A stretch of DNA of 64,000 nt from the human T2T-CHM13v2.0 reference genome, Homo sapiens. A program made the translations under genes and the position numbers. The stretch lies in the NCBI RefSeq assembly GCF_009914755.1, contig NC_060941.1; one strand, 5' to 3'. Below the pieces are notes generated by a model. That model saw only the letters and a list, made by a program, of their open reading frames with translations, made no database searches and was not told where the DNA came from. This document shows positions 45,655 through 59,294 of this stretch, piece after piece. How positions within the stretch are numbered: the stretch's first letter is position 1; every line of letters begins with the position of its first letter.

Positions 45655-48441
45655 GAAGTATATTCCACATCTTGAAAAACAGGGCTGTGTACACCACAGG
45701 ATGTCACCCCTAAGCTGGGAATCTGGATTTGCCTTTCAGGAGACTGTCTTATTGTTCCATCAGGCAGTACGATGTGGTGCAGCGATTCCACGGCCACGTG
45801 CCTGCCTCACTACCCTTTTACTGTTAAGTGGGTCCGTTGGTAAGAAGCAATGTCAGGTGGGGTCCCAGGTCAATAAATCAGATGCCCCAGTGAATCCCGG
45901 GTGGTGGTTTTGCAGAGGCACTGTAGACAAAGTGACCTTCTGAGTTCCTGAGAAAAAGCTCTCAGACATGAACAAGCAGACACAGGAAGCTGGAATTGTC
46001 TGTTGCATTACTTAAGATAAGGTCTGAGGAAGAGGTAGGACACGGACATTTGTGCCACACACATACTCAGAATCGGATCCTCTCACCGTTTCCATTGCAA
46101 CCACTCAGCCCAGACTGCCATGATCTCTTATTCGGATTGTGTAATAACCTCTAACCAGTCTCCTTGCTTCCAGCTTTCTCCCTGACTCCCCAGCCCCCAT
46201 AATCATCTTGTCTCTGCATAATAGTGGGAGTGACACTGTATTAAAATATAAGTCAGAATATATCCTTCCTCTGTTCAAAATCCTCCAGTGGATGTTTCAC
46301 GTGGAGAAAAATCCACAGGCTTACAATGACCTTCAAGGTTTGTGTGTCAGTAAATATTGGAAAGCTGCTGCCACTGGAAAACTTTGCAAAGAAAAAGATG
46401 TTGGAGGGTTAGTGGGAAAGAAAGTGTGCTGGTCTGTCTTGATTAAACATGCCTTTGGGAAATCTGGCTACTCCATAGTCAAGGATAATTGATATGCCCC
46501 ACTTCACTGGCTTAGGGTGCAGCTTAAGATCATATTTCTTGTGTGTTCAAATTATGACTCCCAGGCCTCATCCCACAAATTGAAAGAAGTGCATTTTTCT
46601 CTCCCTCCCAAGATAAGCCCATAATCCATGAGGAAATTTGCCTATACAAAAGAATTTGCACTGCTCATAATTTCCTCACCAATAAGAAACCTGTTATCAG
46701 CCAGGTCCTCTGAAGGGTCTTGTCTTCAGATGGTGCTTAGATGCCACTCTTGGACCTTTAAAAGGGGCTACACTCACTGTGGGTGACCCTCACAAAGCTC
46801 TCAACACTACAGCTCTTTTATAACATATGTACAAAAATGCAATCAAGTGCAAAAAATATGTACACACTTTCCCAAAGGTATACTTATTCCAGGCAACTGA
46901 GAGCAGAAGGCAGAAGGCATTTTACCATGAGCTCAGGACCAGCTGTCTTGTGATGACCTCTGTTCCCACTATTAAGCCAGGGGCGATCAGCCAAGAGTAC
47001 CCTAACTCTCATGATAATCTCCTCTTGGGAACCAATATGCTCATCTTCTGACAACTGGCCTCAATTGCACAACTTCAGCCCATCTGACATTGCAATAACT
47101 TTGAACCACACAGCAAGGGAGCCAAGAGCTTGCTCTCTCCCATCTCAAAAGGTTTTGCTACTTGGGGAGGAAGGATGGTTTTATCCACCTATAAGGATGG
47201 AGCATCTATTCCTGGCCTAATCAAAATATCCACTAATTGATCGTATGGGTATTCTGGTGAACAAGCCAGAACAAAAGAGACTACCCAAAGTGTGCTAAAT
47301 ATTTCTGCACTGTTGGAAAGAGGAAATGTTGTTTCATAATAAGGATAATCTCCAAGAAGAAATTACCAGCCTCTTCAGCTCTGGATTCATTATCTTAAGC
47401 CTATGACAGGTGAAGAAACATACATTAGATTGTCAGCAACTAAAAGATAAATTCCCCTCTGTTGTGTGTTCCAAAGTCTTTTAAAATAACAGAGGTATTT
47501 CCATTAAATTCTTTTTAAAAAATAACTGAGAACTCCCCTAGTGTCTATCGATTCAAAAAAAAAAAAAGCATCAATTACATCCAAAATACCACTTTCTATC
47601 CATTACTTGGTGCAGTTGCCAAACGGAAGGTTTTTTTCCCTCCGAAGTCATTTAACTCAATCATTGGGCTGGAAACAGGAAAAGGGAACATTCCGGCAGG
47701 CAATCCCTAAATCCCTTGAGAGCATCTTTACAGTGTGCCATGCCAGCCTTCAGTGGGATCTGATGATATATTTCTGTGCAATGTTCAGGCACTTTTTAAA
47801 ATCCCAATTGAAATTATTCCATCCTAGTAGGCTGCTTTCGTGATTTTTACAGCATGGGCACAGAAGTCACCAGTTCCATGACTAACCTCAGCCCTAGAGC
47901 AAGCAGGGACCACATCCCCTTTTACAAATTCAAAAATACAACAACAACAAAAACACAAAAAACAAACATCTTTTCAGAGCTCCCATAAAGGTGGATGACC
48001 ATCATCCATCTAAGATTTTTTTAAAGTGACTCCTCACTTGCTTCTCTTGTCTTTAAGTTCTTTCCCTCCTCGAGGGGAAGGTAAAGAAACAGAAGGAGCA
48101 AGTCAGGATGAATGCAGGGGATGCTCTGTTGGTCCCAAATTGCTATTTAACCATTTTAAAACTGAGGAGCAAAAGGGAATCCTCTCCACCAAAAGGGCCA
48201 TTTCTCTTTGCTTCACCCTGCATGGAACCCTATATTGGCACTTTTTCTTCTGAAATAAAGTGAGATCAAGTGTCTGAAGCTGGGGAGACAGACACAGGTT
48301 TCAAGTTGTAAATCCAAAGTGCCCTCTTCTCTTTAGAGAAGGAAGGAAGTAAACTCCATCTGTGACCCACACCTCCACACACTGGGTACAGTATGAGGCC
48401 AAGTGAATGAAATTCAGTCACGACGGCTGACCTTTCTGGTG

Positions 48442-48823
48442 TGATATGGTTTGGCTCTGTGTCCTCAACCAAATGTTGAATTGTAATCCCCAGTGTTGGA
48501 GGAGGGGCCTGGTGGAAGATGAATGGATGATGGGAGTGGATTTTCCCCTTGCCGTTCTCATGATAGTGAGTGAATTCTCACAAGATCTGGTTGTTTGAAA
48601 GTGTGTAGCATCTCTCATTTTACTCTCTCTCTCTCTTCTGCTGGCCATGTGAAGATGTGCTTGCTTCCCCTTTGCCTTCAGCCATGATTGTAAGTTTCCT
48701 GAGGCTTCCCAAACCATGCTTCCTATACAACCTGTGGAACTGCGAGTCAATTAAACCTCTTTTCTTTATAAATTACCCAGTCTCAGGTAGTTCTTTACAG
48801 CAGTGTAAGAACAGACTAATACA
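48442..48823 (+). mobile_element. MSTA/MSTB solo LTR
   Basis: TGATATGGTTTGGCTCTGTGTC...GACTAATACA with perfect 5-bp TSD tggtg. Confidence 0.95.
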
Positions 48824-50729
48824 TGGTGATAATATATCCAGGCAGATTTATACCCTAAGGAAGAGTATTTTCGGTAATAGTTTACATGCATTAATCACAA
48901 AGTTGTTCATTGAAATGCAGGAGGAGGCTTAGGCTCAAGTCCCAGTGATACTATCTCCTAGCTCTGGACCCTTATCTAGGCTACCTAGCCCCCAAAGTCT
49001 AGAAAATGCAAGTATTTCACAATACTTTTTGGAGAATTTAGTGAGACAATACATGTACAGTGCTTTATAAACACAAAAGAACTACAATACCTTTAAATTG
49101 TTGAGAGTTTTTTTTTAATGAAACAGAATACAGCAAGAGTATTATAAACCTGGAATCCCAGCACAAGCCTATAAAGGAGGACTATGATTTTTTTAATTTA
49201 CAGGGTAAAAAAATTAAGTCTCGGCACTAATACTGATGTTGCCTTTTGTCCCCAGAGATTTTTATTTAATTGATCTGAGACGCAACCTGGATATTGGGAC
49301 TTTGTAGAGCTCCCAGATGCTTCTAAATTGGCAATGCAAGTTGAGAATCATTGTGTTAGGGAGTTTCACTCCTTGCTCCTCCCAGTGTGGACCAGCAGCA
49401 CAGGAATTGCCTAGAAATGCAGAGTCTCAGGCCTCACTCCAGATCTTCTGAATCAGAACATGCAAAAATTTAACACAGCTTCCAGGTGATTCATGCGCAC
49501 AAGAAAGTTTGAGAAGCATGAAACTAAGTCACAGCTAAACTGCAGAACCTGAATTTGAATCTAGAGCTAGTGAATTGCAAAGCTTTGTTCCTAACGATAT
49601 GTCCTCCCCCTCTGCAGCTATTAATGTGTTCAAATGTCCTTTTAAATAACTATAAACTTCTCATCTGATCTTCACAGCAACGCTGTTAGGCAAATAAAGA
49701 TTAGTCTCCATTTGATAGATGAGGAAACACGAAGATTCTGTGTCCCTGCCTAAGTCACATAGAGAGTAAGACATCAGGTTTTGAAATCAGGTTTTCTAAA
49801 TAATCATATGTGATTCAATGATGCATTTCCTTTAGAATGTTTTTGTAACTTTGAAAGATCTCTTCCCCTTAACCCTGGCTGGTGTACAATATCCTTTTCT
49901 TTTTTCTCTGGGTTTTTACAACATTATTCCATCCCATGCTGAGTTGTAGAAGGAGCTGTGCTGGGGAAAATTCCACTATGAAACATTCTTTGCCACAAAT
50001 CACAGCTGCTCATGAGGACTTCCGTTGCCAACCTGCCCCCTACCCCAGCCCCCGGACTTCCCTAAAACAACATTCCATCTGAAGGACACAGCCAGGACGG
50101 TGCCAATCATGGCTGGAAAGCAATGCACAGAAATCTTGGAGACACGACAGAAAAGCAGTGTGGAAACAGGTGTGCCCAAACATTCCCCATGAGCCTGTGT
50201 TGAGGCGCATCCACCAACCCAGCGAAAAACAAACGGGATAAAAGGTCATTGTTGGAACCTGATTATAAGTCCCACAGGACAATGCCATATTGTCAGGATG
50301 CCCCCTCAGAACACTTCCCTGCTGATAACACTGGTATGCATGTGGCTTGGAGAAGTCCCAGGAGCAATAGAGAAGGCAACGTTGGTGTGTCAGAATATTC
50401 AGCAAGCTCAGTCTTGCAAAGTTCATCATAATTAGGGAAGTCATAAAAGCCTAGAGCTCGGCCCAGCCCCCTCATCCCTATAGTCAGGATTTTCACCTTC
50501 AGTGGAAGCCTAGTAGCATTTTTTGTGGTTTGTCTTAAGGGGTGCCAGGGATACATTCTACTCCTCTTCCCATCTTCTCATGCCCTTAATGCACAACAGT
50601 AATGACAAAAACCAGAATCCCTGTTAGAACATGAATATCCATGGAAATTATCCCCATAAAATACTGGGGTCAGAAAAGACCTCAGAAATTATCCAGATTG
50701 AGTATCTTAAAGCACAGAGAAGCAAACAG

Positions 50730-51240
50730 ACCTATGGCTGGCAGCCTTCAAATGGCCCTCAATCCTTACCCCCTGGATCCATGCCCTTCATAGAGTCTTT
50801 CCACATGAAATAAGGTGGACCTGTGTAGCCAACAGGATACTGCAGAAATAATGGTGTGTCATGTCTGAGGTTTGGTCACAAAAGATGTTGCAGCTTTGTC
50901 TTGCTCTCCTGAATCACCTGCCCTGGAGGAAACCAGCTGTCATGTCATGAGGCCACTTACAGAGTGGAGAGGTACTGAGGCCTCCAACTACAGCCATAGG
51001 CTGCAGCAACCCACCTGTCTGCCTTGGGAGTGAGCTCCCTTGGAAGCAGAACTTCCCACCCACGTCAAACCTTCAGATGACTGAAATTTGAGATTTCATG
51101 AGAGACTGTGAGCCATACTGCCCAGTTTAGACACTCCTGAATTCCTTACCTACAGAAACTGTGAGATCATACATTATTATTGTTGTTTTACAGCACTAAG
51201 TCTTGGGGCAATCTGTTACCTGGCCATAAATAACAAATTA
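50730..51240 (+). mobile_element. MLT1 (F/G/H-like) LTR
   Basis: gccagctgccatgt-like segment, ccttcagatgactg, cagaaactgtgagat, ctaagtcttgggg. Confidence 0.75.
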
Positions 51241-51837
51241 ACTGCCAAAAGGGTTATGGGACATATCCAAAGAAAAAAGCTAAGAATTAGCTTTTTCAGT
51301 GAAGTTCATATTCACTGTTGTGGACTACAATGGTCTCCGCTGATGCAATTGGTCTCTGCCTATTGGTCTGACCTCTGGCTCAGTATGCTCCAGCCACACT
51401 GGCCTTCCACTTATTTTTCATCTACTACTTCCCTACTTCAATTTCTCTCAAGGGCTTTGAGACTTCCTTTGCACTCTGCTCCCAGGGGTTCACATAGGGG
51501 GATCCTCCTTGTTCAGCACTCAGCTCAAAGGCCACTTCAGAGAGGTTTTCTGTGGCTACCAGTTCTAAGGAAGCTCCTTCTCTCAGTGCCCTCCTCCCAC
51601 CCCCTGCTGCCTGTTACTGTGCATGAAATCACCCAGTTGATGTTCTGCATAGCATTTGACACTCTCTGAAATTATTTCTTTTTTTGCCTACTCAATTATT
51701 GTCTCTCCCCAATTGAGTACAAGTTTCATCGAAGTACCTTGTTTTTCTTATTTTCTTTTGTATCTCTGGAAGAGAAAAAGGGGCTTGCTACGGTAAGATG
51801 TTGAATAACATTTGGAAGGAAAGGAATGAAGAAGGAG

Positions 51838-52000
51838 CCTAGCACGGTGGCTCATGCCTGTAACCCCAGTGTTTGGGAGGCCCAGGCGAAGGAGCACTTG
51901 ACCCCAGAAGTGCCAAGCTGCAGTGAGCTATATGATCATGCCACTGCACTCCAGCCTGGGCAACAGAGCAAGACCCTGTCTCTAAAATATAAAAGAAAGG
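51838..52000 (+). mobile_element. FRAM / AluJ monomer followed by a GA-rich tract
   Basis: gtggctcatgcctgtaa...gcagtgagctatatgatcatgccactgcactccagcc. Confidence 0.85.
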
Positions 52001-53906
52001 AAGGAAGAAAGAGAGGAAGGGAAGAAGAGAGGGTGAAAGAAAGGGAAAGTTTAGAAAGAAAGACACAGGTCTTTGAAATCTTTTACCTACAACTTTGGGA
52101 AATACAACCTCAACAAGCCTTTGACTCTCTCTCCCTCACTACCACTTTTATGCCCAGATGGAAACAGGGGCAGAAGAAGGGGGCTGTGATACACAGCAAA
52201 GAAAAGGAGGTGTTTCTGAGTGGTGTTCCAGGCTCTTTCGAATGAAACAGAACAAATTATATTGTTTGAATCATAAAACATCTAGAGAAAAATTTCAGTG
52301 GAATCTCTGATCCACGATGCCTCAGGGGTCTGGGTCTGCAGTACTCCTTACTCTGTTTCTATAATACTTTCCATTCACACCAGGAGGGAAAGATCTGGTT
52401 GGGTTGGATTTATTTCCCATTTGAGAAAGTCTGGGCTCAGGAGGCTTGCTCAGAGAACCAAGTCTAAGAAATGTATCTTTAGGGTCTAAACCCCAAAAGG
52501 GAGAGGCTGCAGTAAAAAGAGCTCCAAAGAATGAAGTCATGAAATGTAAAGAAAGGAAACTTTGGGCCAAAGATGAAAGGCCTTCTTAACTGTGAAAATC
52601 TATTAGAATATGTAATACTCTCTCAAGAATAGAAGCCCCATTCCTTACATTATTTAACACAAGGGAGAACAAAGAACTGGAGAACATACGTTGATCCCAC
52701 TTCAGCCCCTGAGAGGATAGGAAAAATGACCTAATGGTGATTTCCTATCTCTAATTTACATGATAATTTGAATCTGAAAACATTGGAAAATAATGAACCT
52801 GACTCTCCGAATAGCAGGAGGGCAAGTGGGCCATAGTCCCTGGCATCTCTCTGCAGCTTTCTGTGGAGGGAGGAGAACTTCCGTGCAATTCCGCAGCACT
52901 CCCCAAGAGGCTGCTGGTTTGTGGCTCAAACCTAGATACAGCCAGGTTGCCCAGAAGAGGATCACAATATCCCAGTCCCAGCACCTGAACCCAGGCAAGC
53001 CTACAGCTTCCTCTGGCAAAGATTAGACCAGTAGTGTCTAAGCAACAAGTCTTCCAGAAAGGAGAGGGAAAAAAATACAAGAGAAGGCATAGGACAAATA
53101 TTTTCAGTTTTGGAGCTCAAAAGGCATATCTCAAGTTCTGCTAGGTGAGAAGGATTCCGCTACTGTTTCTGGGGTAGAGCAAGAATTGCAGATAGTATCA
53201 GAAATACACACTGGGAGATTAAACATGGCCATTGAACAATTCCAGATTCACAGAATCTCAGACCTAGAAGAGACCTCAGCATTTATCTAATGTCACTTCC
53301 TCCAGTTTCAAAGGGAGCTGTGTGCCCAGAAAAGGAGAATGCAATCCAGGTAAGAGCCTCAAAGAGGAGGGTATTGGAAATACAGTATTCACCTCAGCCC
53401 GCAACAGTGAACATGGAGTTTAGCGAAGGAGCTGGCTTCATTAAGTGTCTGGAAGACAGAAGACAAAGAAAGAACTGGAAATACGGGTAAAACCTGAACA
53501 GTGTGAGACTGTACTTTGCAAACTTTCCTAATTTGTATGCAGCCTGCATTTCACTTTTTCTTTCATGAGAGTGAAATGTATGCACTTTGAAGGTTTACTG
53601 GCTAAGTTGGATGGGAAAGGAGCCCCGAGGAGGCAAAATCGTTTTTGGGTGGGTGTCAGTGACCATGCATTTTCCATTTTCCTACCCAAGGTGCCCAACC
53701 TGGTAGGCACTACTTCATTTGGTAAAAAGTGAACATAAAAGAGAGGGGTTTCCATGACCTAATATTGGGACAGAAACCATGCCTCCCAGGGTGCTGGAAG
53801 TAGAGACTTAAACCTTTTGGACAGATAGAAGCCGCCTTATGTCTATTTTGGATTCTCTGAGGGATCAGGAGCACTGTCTCAGCCACTTAAGAGGGGAGTG
53901 ACTTAC

Positions 53907-54069
53907 GAGTTCACAGCCAAGTAGGATAAGAACAGAGATTTTGCTGTTGTCAACTCCTCTGCTTCGGTGGAATAAATAATAAGGCATGAGCTTGGAGGCG
54001 TTGCTGCTAGTTGGGGAGAGCAGGAGAAAGCCCTTGGGGGCTGATGCCGGCGATGGAGGTCTGGTTGGG
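53907..54069 (-). ncRNA. LINC01619: Spliced exon (163 nt), probably of lncRNA LINC01619 (C12orf79)
   Basis: Minus-strand acceptor ctcctgtgtgtttccgctgcatAG|CCCAACC and strong donor GAACTC|GTAAGT. Open 54-codon frame [54 protein letters not shown], which I recall from the putative C12orf79 product (memory, not a database search). Confidence 0.6.
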
Positions 54070-54149
54070 CTATGCAGCGGAAACACACAGGAGCAAAGGC
54101 TTCTGTAGAGGGTCCTTCCAGGCATCTGTGCTGCCTTCACAGAGCTCAC

Positions 54150-54900
54150 TCCAGAGCTGTGCTCTTTGAGGAAAAAGAATCCCTGGCTTGTGCAGGAGAT
54201 CTCCATTCTGTGGATGCTCCATTTCGAGTTCAGCTTTGGCAAGGGGGGAGGGGTGTGGACGAGAATGCTCCCCCTCCCATTGCCTGGGGGGATTAAGAGG
54301 CTCTATTGTCCCTGGCCTGATGGCCCCCGCATTTGCATATATCAAGTCCCTGGGGCTGGGAATAGTGGCGCGGGCTGCACCTGCTGCCCTGGGTTCCAAG
54401 GGCTGACCCCAGTGAGACCTTCCAGGTAATTCCATTTGTGTCATCACAGATTCAGAAATCCAGGCTTGGGAGTGGAATAACGACTCGAGAAGGGAGCGGG
54501 AGTCATGGGTAAACACACACGTCCCGGGATGGCTGAAAGTGGTCAGAGGTCTGGGAAAAGAACGGGCTTTGAATCCTTGGCGTTCTTTTAAACAGGCCTT
54601 TATTTGGAGAGCCTTCCAACCTCCTAAGCCTCATTGAACTTGAAAAGCTACAAGCTTCCTTTCTTTCCGGAGACCCTCTGGCCTCTTCGCTTACCTCTTT
54701 CATCGAAGCCATTGTTAGGGGCTGCATTAGTGGGAACCACCGATCCTTCAGAGGAGGCAGCAGTATCATATCACAGATGTAAAAATGATGGAACAAAGGC
54801 TCTGAACAATCCAGAGGAGGGTCGAGGGGGCCCCGTGTCGCGTCTGAGGGGATTGACGCCTGGGCCCCCGCTTCTCTGCATAAATAACATTTTTTCAGTT
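54150..54900. promoter_or_regulatory. Candidate internal promoter/enhancer
   Basis: Repeat-free, locally GC/CpG-richer than the rest of the window. Octamer ATTTGCAT at 54331-54338, EBF-like TCCCTGGGG at ~54347, G-rich KLF/SP-like GGGGGAGGGGTGTGG at ~54244. Confidence 0.45.
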
Positions 54901-56235
54901 TACAAATTGCTTACCCATACAGAATGTGCTTTATTGCTCAGAACAGCAACTATTTCCAGTGGACAGGTGGGAAAACTGATACTTGCCAATGAGACATTAG
55001 AGGACATAGATCAGTGATGTGGCCTGGACGGAACCTCAGAATTCAGACACTACGTCCCAAGATCTCCCAACAGATTGCACCACAGCAAGGAATTTTAAGA
55101 CAAGGTTGCGTGAGGCTTTCCACTTAAGCAAGAATTGGCTTAAGTGTTCAATATAACTACGATGGATCATCTTGGTCGGGGAATATTTTAGTGGCAAATC
55201 AAGGAAAATAAGTTTTTGTGCCCCCCCAAGATATTGCAGAGCCTGGGGCTCAGGGCTTGGCAACAGAGCTGCTGATAAACAGCACCCTAAGAAGCATTAG
55301 CAAATGAATAGTTTAATTGAAGTGTGCCCAGATGAACTACAGCAGGGCTGGCCTGAGCCACATGAGGAAGCCTCACCAGCTGGTCTCCTGCCTATCTCAT
55401 CTGCAGGCTTTTTCCCTGCCCTCCATAAGCCCCCAGCACTCCACAGTTCTTAACATTTGCTCTCCAAAATCAGGAATTGTCATGACACCAACCCCTGGAG
55501 GTTGTTGGCTAATTGACCTCATTTTAATGTCATTGGACTCTAGCCCAGTGTTGGTGCTCACAGTTATTTGCATTTTCACTTTAAAAAAAAAAAAAGATTA
55601 CTGTAATTACATACAGTAAATTCACTCTTTTATAATGAACAATTCTATGTGTTTTGAAAAATGCACGTGGTTCATAACCACCATCACAATCAAGATACAG
55701 AACAGCTCCATCATTCTTCTCTGCCTAAAATTAATTCTCTCATTCTGCCTTATGGTCAATTCAATCCCCCACCTGCTGGCCCCATAGTTTTGCCTTTTCT
55801 AGAATGTCATAAAAATGGAGTGATACTGCACGTTGCCTTTTGAGTTTGGCTTCTTTCACATTGCATAATGGTTTTGAGATTTATTCATTCTGTTGTGTGG
55901 ATTGATTGGTATTTCATTCATTTTCATTGCTCAGTAGTATTCTATTGCATGAATGCATTATATTTTGTTCAGCCATTCACCGACATTTTGGTTTGTTTCC
56001 AGTTTGGAGAAATTTTGAACAAAGGTCACTACGAACATTTGCTCACAGTTTCTGGGTGTTTTTATTCTCTCAGAGAAATGCCCAGGAATGGGATTGTTCA
56101 TTCTCTGCTTAGTGCATGATTAACAGGTGACAGCTAATCGCTTCCCAGTCCAAGCAGATTTTTTGTCCGTGCCATTGCTGCGTCCCTATCAGCAACACAG
56201 AGTTCCAGTTGCTCTACAACCTAATATTGTCTTTT

Positions 56236-56630
56236 TAAAATATATGATATATCACATATGTATAAAATATATGATATATCACATATGTATAAAATATACA
56301 TATATCACATATGTATAAAATATACATATATCACATATGTATAAAATATACATATATCACATATGTATAAAATATACATATATCAGATATGTATAAAATA
56401 TACATATATCACATATGTATAAAATATACATATATCACATATGTATAAAATATACATATATCACATATGCATAAAATATACATATATCACATATGTATAA
56501 AATATACATATATCACATATGTATAAAATATACATATATCACATATGCATAAAATATATGATATATCATATTTGCATAAAATATATGATATATCATATAT
56601 GTATAAAATATATGATATATCATATATGTT
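56236..56630. repeat. 26/27-bp AT-rich minisatellite (~15 copies), then TA-rich low complexity to ~56860
   Basis: Unit TATAAAATATACATATATCACATATG. Confidence 0.95.
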
Positions 56631-56886
56631 ATTTGTGTAATATATGATATATGATATATATAATGTGTATTATATATGTGATTATATATTACATATTTTA
56701 TATAAAATACAAATATACATTTGTTTATATATTTATATGAAAATTTTTATATATTATGCATTTATATGTGTTTATATAAATAAATATTTATATATTATAT
56801 GTAATTAATATATAATAATTATATATAAATATATTATATATATATTTAGAAATATAATGACGTGTGTGTGTGTTTACAATTGCCCT

Positions 56887-57537
56887 TGTAGGGGCAAAGA
56901 AGGAAAGCTTCCCCTTTCCCCCGCTGAAGGTTCATGGAAAATGAACTGACAAAGGCAGATCCACAAGAGAAAAAGGCAGAAACGTTGTTTAATGTGCATA
57001 GCGTGGAGGGATAGCGGGAGAATGATCAATCAATAGCCCAGTGGGGAGCAGAAACTTACATGCCCTTCTTCATAGGAAAGGGGAGATGGGGATGTAGGAG
57101 TAAATGATTTTTAGGGGAAATGAATGGGCCAAATGCTCAGACAATGGTAAGTAAATAATTATCTTTGGGAATTGAATGGGACTGGAGAACAAACAGTTGT
57201 TTGGGATGAAGTTTGCCTGGGTTTTAATTGTGGTGTTTAACGTTTAGTCTTTTCCGCTATGATATGAGTTTTAATCTCTGTTTAGTGAAATTTCAAGGTA
57301 AGTATTGAAGCCAATCGTGTTTCTCTTTGGGGGGTCCAGTTACTAGGTAGATAATGGACCTTCAGAGAACAACGTCATCCTACGCTTTGGGAGAGACAGA
57401 GAATCAGAGAGATGGAGCAGGAGAAGGTCACAGGGAAACCTTGGTTCTCAGGCTCATACCTGGGGCCTTTTAATTTTCAAAGCACTCAGCATGCCAAAGA
57501 GCCATATTTTGGGGAATTGTTTTCTGTGCCGTCAACA
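56887..57537 (-). mobile_element. MER39-like ERV1 LTR
   Basis: cagcatgccaaagagccatattttgggg...caaca and tgtaggggcaaag ends. Confidence 0.75.
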
Positions 57538-57777
57538 CCAAGAAATTCTAGCAGGTATGTAGTGATGTCTCATTATGGTTTCTATTTTTCAGAGAAAATA
57601 TCTTGCTGTGTCCTCCAGCTGGAGTACAGCAATCTTAGCTCACTTCAGCCTCAAACTGCTGAGGTCAAATGATCCTCCTGCCACAGCCTCCCGAGTAGCT
57701 GGTACTATAGGTGTGCACCACAACACCCAATTTCATTATGGTTTCAGTTTGTATTTCCCTAATGACTAATGAGGTTA

Positions 57778-59294
57778 TGATGGCAGCCGTGGCCCATCTG
57801 GAGGGGCCACTGCGAAGACGCCAGCTGCAGCAAGGGAGGTGTGGCTGCAGTTGTGTGCTCTGAGGGGCCAGCAAGAACTGGGAACAGGTGGAAGCCCTGC
57901 CCCCTACCGAGTTGGCACAGGAGTCCCATGCTCCTGGGCACAGCTGCAGCCACTCAGCCATGGCTCCAGAATTGGGCATCCCTCTGCTCTTGGGGACTCG
58001 GGAAGCCCCCACCACCACCACCCCTTGCAGTCTCGGAAGGGCCTGCTCCCACTCCCTGGCCTCTCCCTGCTCCCAGCACGTGCTCTGATTTAGGAGCAAA
58101 AGTTGTGGCTGAGCTTGGCTGCATGTAAGCATGTTCAGGGTGGCACTAACACAGCATTCCCCTGCTGCCTCGGCCCCCTCTGTACTTCAGGTGCCAACGA
58201 GCATGGGAGCAAAGTAGAGAGAGGGCTGCGGGTGGCTCAGCACAGGCTTGCAGGCACCCCTCAACGTAAGCAGCCTGGGCACCATGGACAACATGTTGAT
58301 GGTGGCAAGAGGTAGATAGGCTCCTGGGCAGAAAGGGGCAAGTACCCAGTGAAGCCCCACCTTCAAGCCAGGGATAGCCTGAAGCCTGGGAGCCAGGCTG
58401 TCAGTTTTGGGTGGAGTCCATGGCCCAGAGTGAGAATTTATGTTGCTTTATCTGGGCCTCCCCATAGCCACCCATGGACCAATCAGCAGGCACTTCCTCC
58501 CTTCTGAGCCCATAAAAACGCCAGACCCAGACAGACTCAAACAGACATCAAGACTACCAGCTGTAGGAAGGAGCTACCCACTTTAGGTCTCTTCAACTTG
58601 TTGGGATGACCTGCTTGAGGAAAGGAGCTACCCACTGCGGGTCTCCTGAAAGCTGTTCTGTCACTCAATGAAGCACCTCTCTGCCTTTCTTACCCTCCAG
58701 TTGTCCACATACCTCATTCTTCCTAGACACAGGACAAGAACTTGGGACCCGCCAAATGTTGGGACTGAAATAGCTGTAACACAACCCTTGCTCACCACAT
58801 TGTGGGTGATGAGAAGGACAGAAGAGCTATGGACTTTTGGGGAGCCCAGATCTAGGGGCTCCCCAAGACAGGGCTGTGACACCCTTTTGGGGGCTCTGTG
58901 GTTCCCGGCGTCTCCAAGCTCCCAGGCACCACCACATTCCCCAAGTCCAGATGCAGGTGCCTGCAGCAGAAGCCATGTGTGATAAATTTGGTCCAGCTGC
59001 AGCCTTGCATGGAGCCAGCACCTATGCCATGGCCTGGAGCTGCCAACCCTGCTGCAGCAGCCAGAGTACCTGGCTGTGCGCAATGGCTGGACCCTGTGCT
59101 CACTTGCTCACAACCCCTTGCTGCTCTCTGCCTGGCTTGCCCTTGGCAGGTTTGGGATCCAGGTGTGAGCCAAGCACACCCTGCTGGGCTGAGTAGGTAG
59201 AACAAGCTCCATGGACAGCAATACTCAGGTAGAAGGTGACACCAGCCACAGATGTTTCCAGCTGGTGAAGTGACACCCCAGGGATCCCGTGACA
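57778..59294 (+). mobile_element. MER52A-like ERV1 solo LTR
   Basis: TGATGGCAGCCGTGGCCCATCTGGAG...gggatcccgtgaCA, 1.5 kb, GC-rich, TSD gtta/gttg. Confidence 0.9.

Larger units (their letters stand above)
55590..57777 (-). mobile_element. L1M (MB/MC/MD-like) 3' fragment interrupted by the VNTR, MER39 and an Alu fragment (57595-57735)
   Basis: gttttgccttttctagaatgtcat...tggcttctttcac; resumes with gtatttccctaatgactaatgag. Confidence 0.75.

Noticed and set aside
50040-54300. Alternative identification as C12orf77
   Set aside because: By my recollection that would put the BCAT1 CpG-island promoter near the window start, and none is present
56236-56630. Regular repeat as a CRISPR-like array
   Set aside because: Head-to-tail units with no unique spacers; eukaryotic minisatellite
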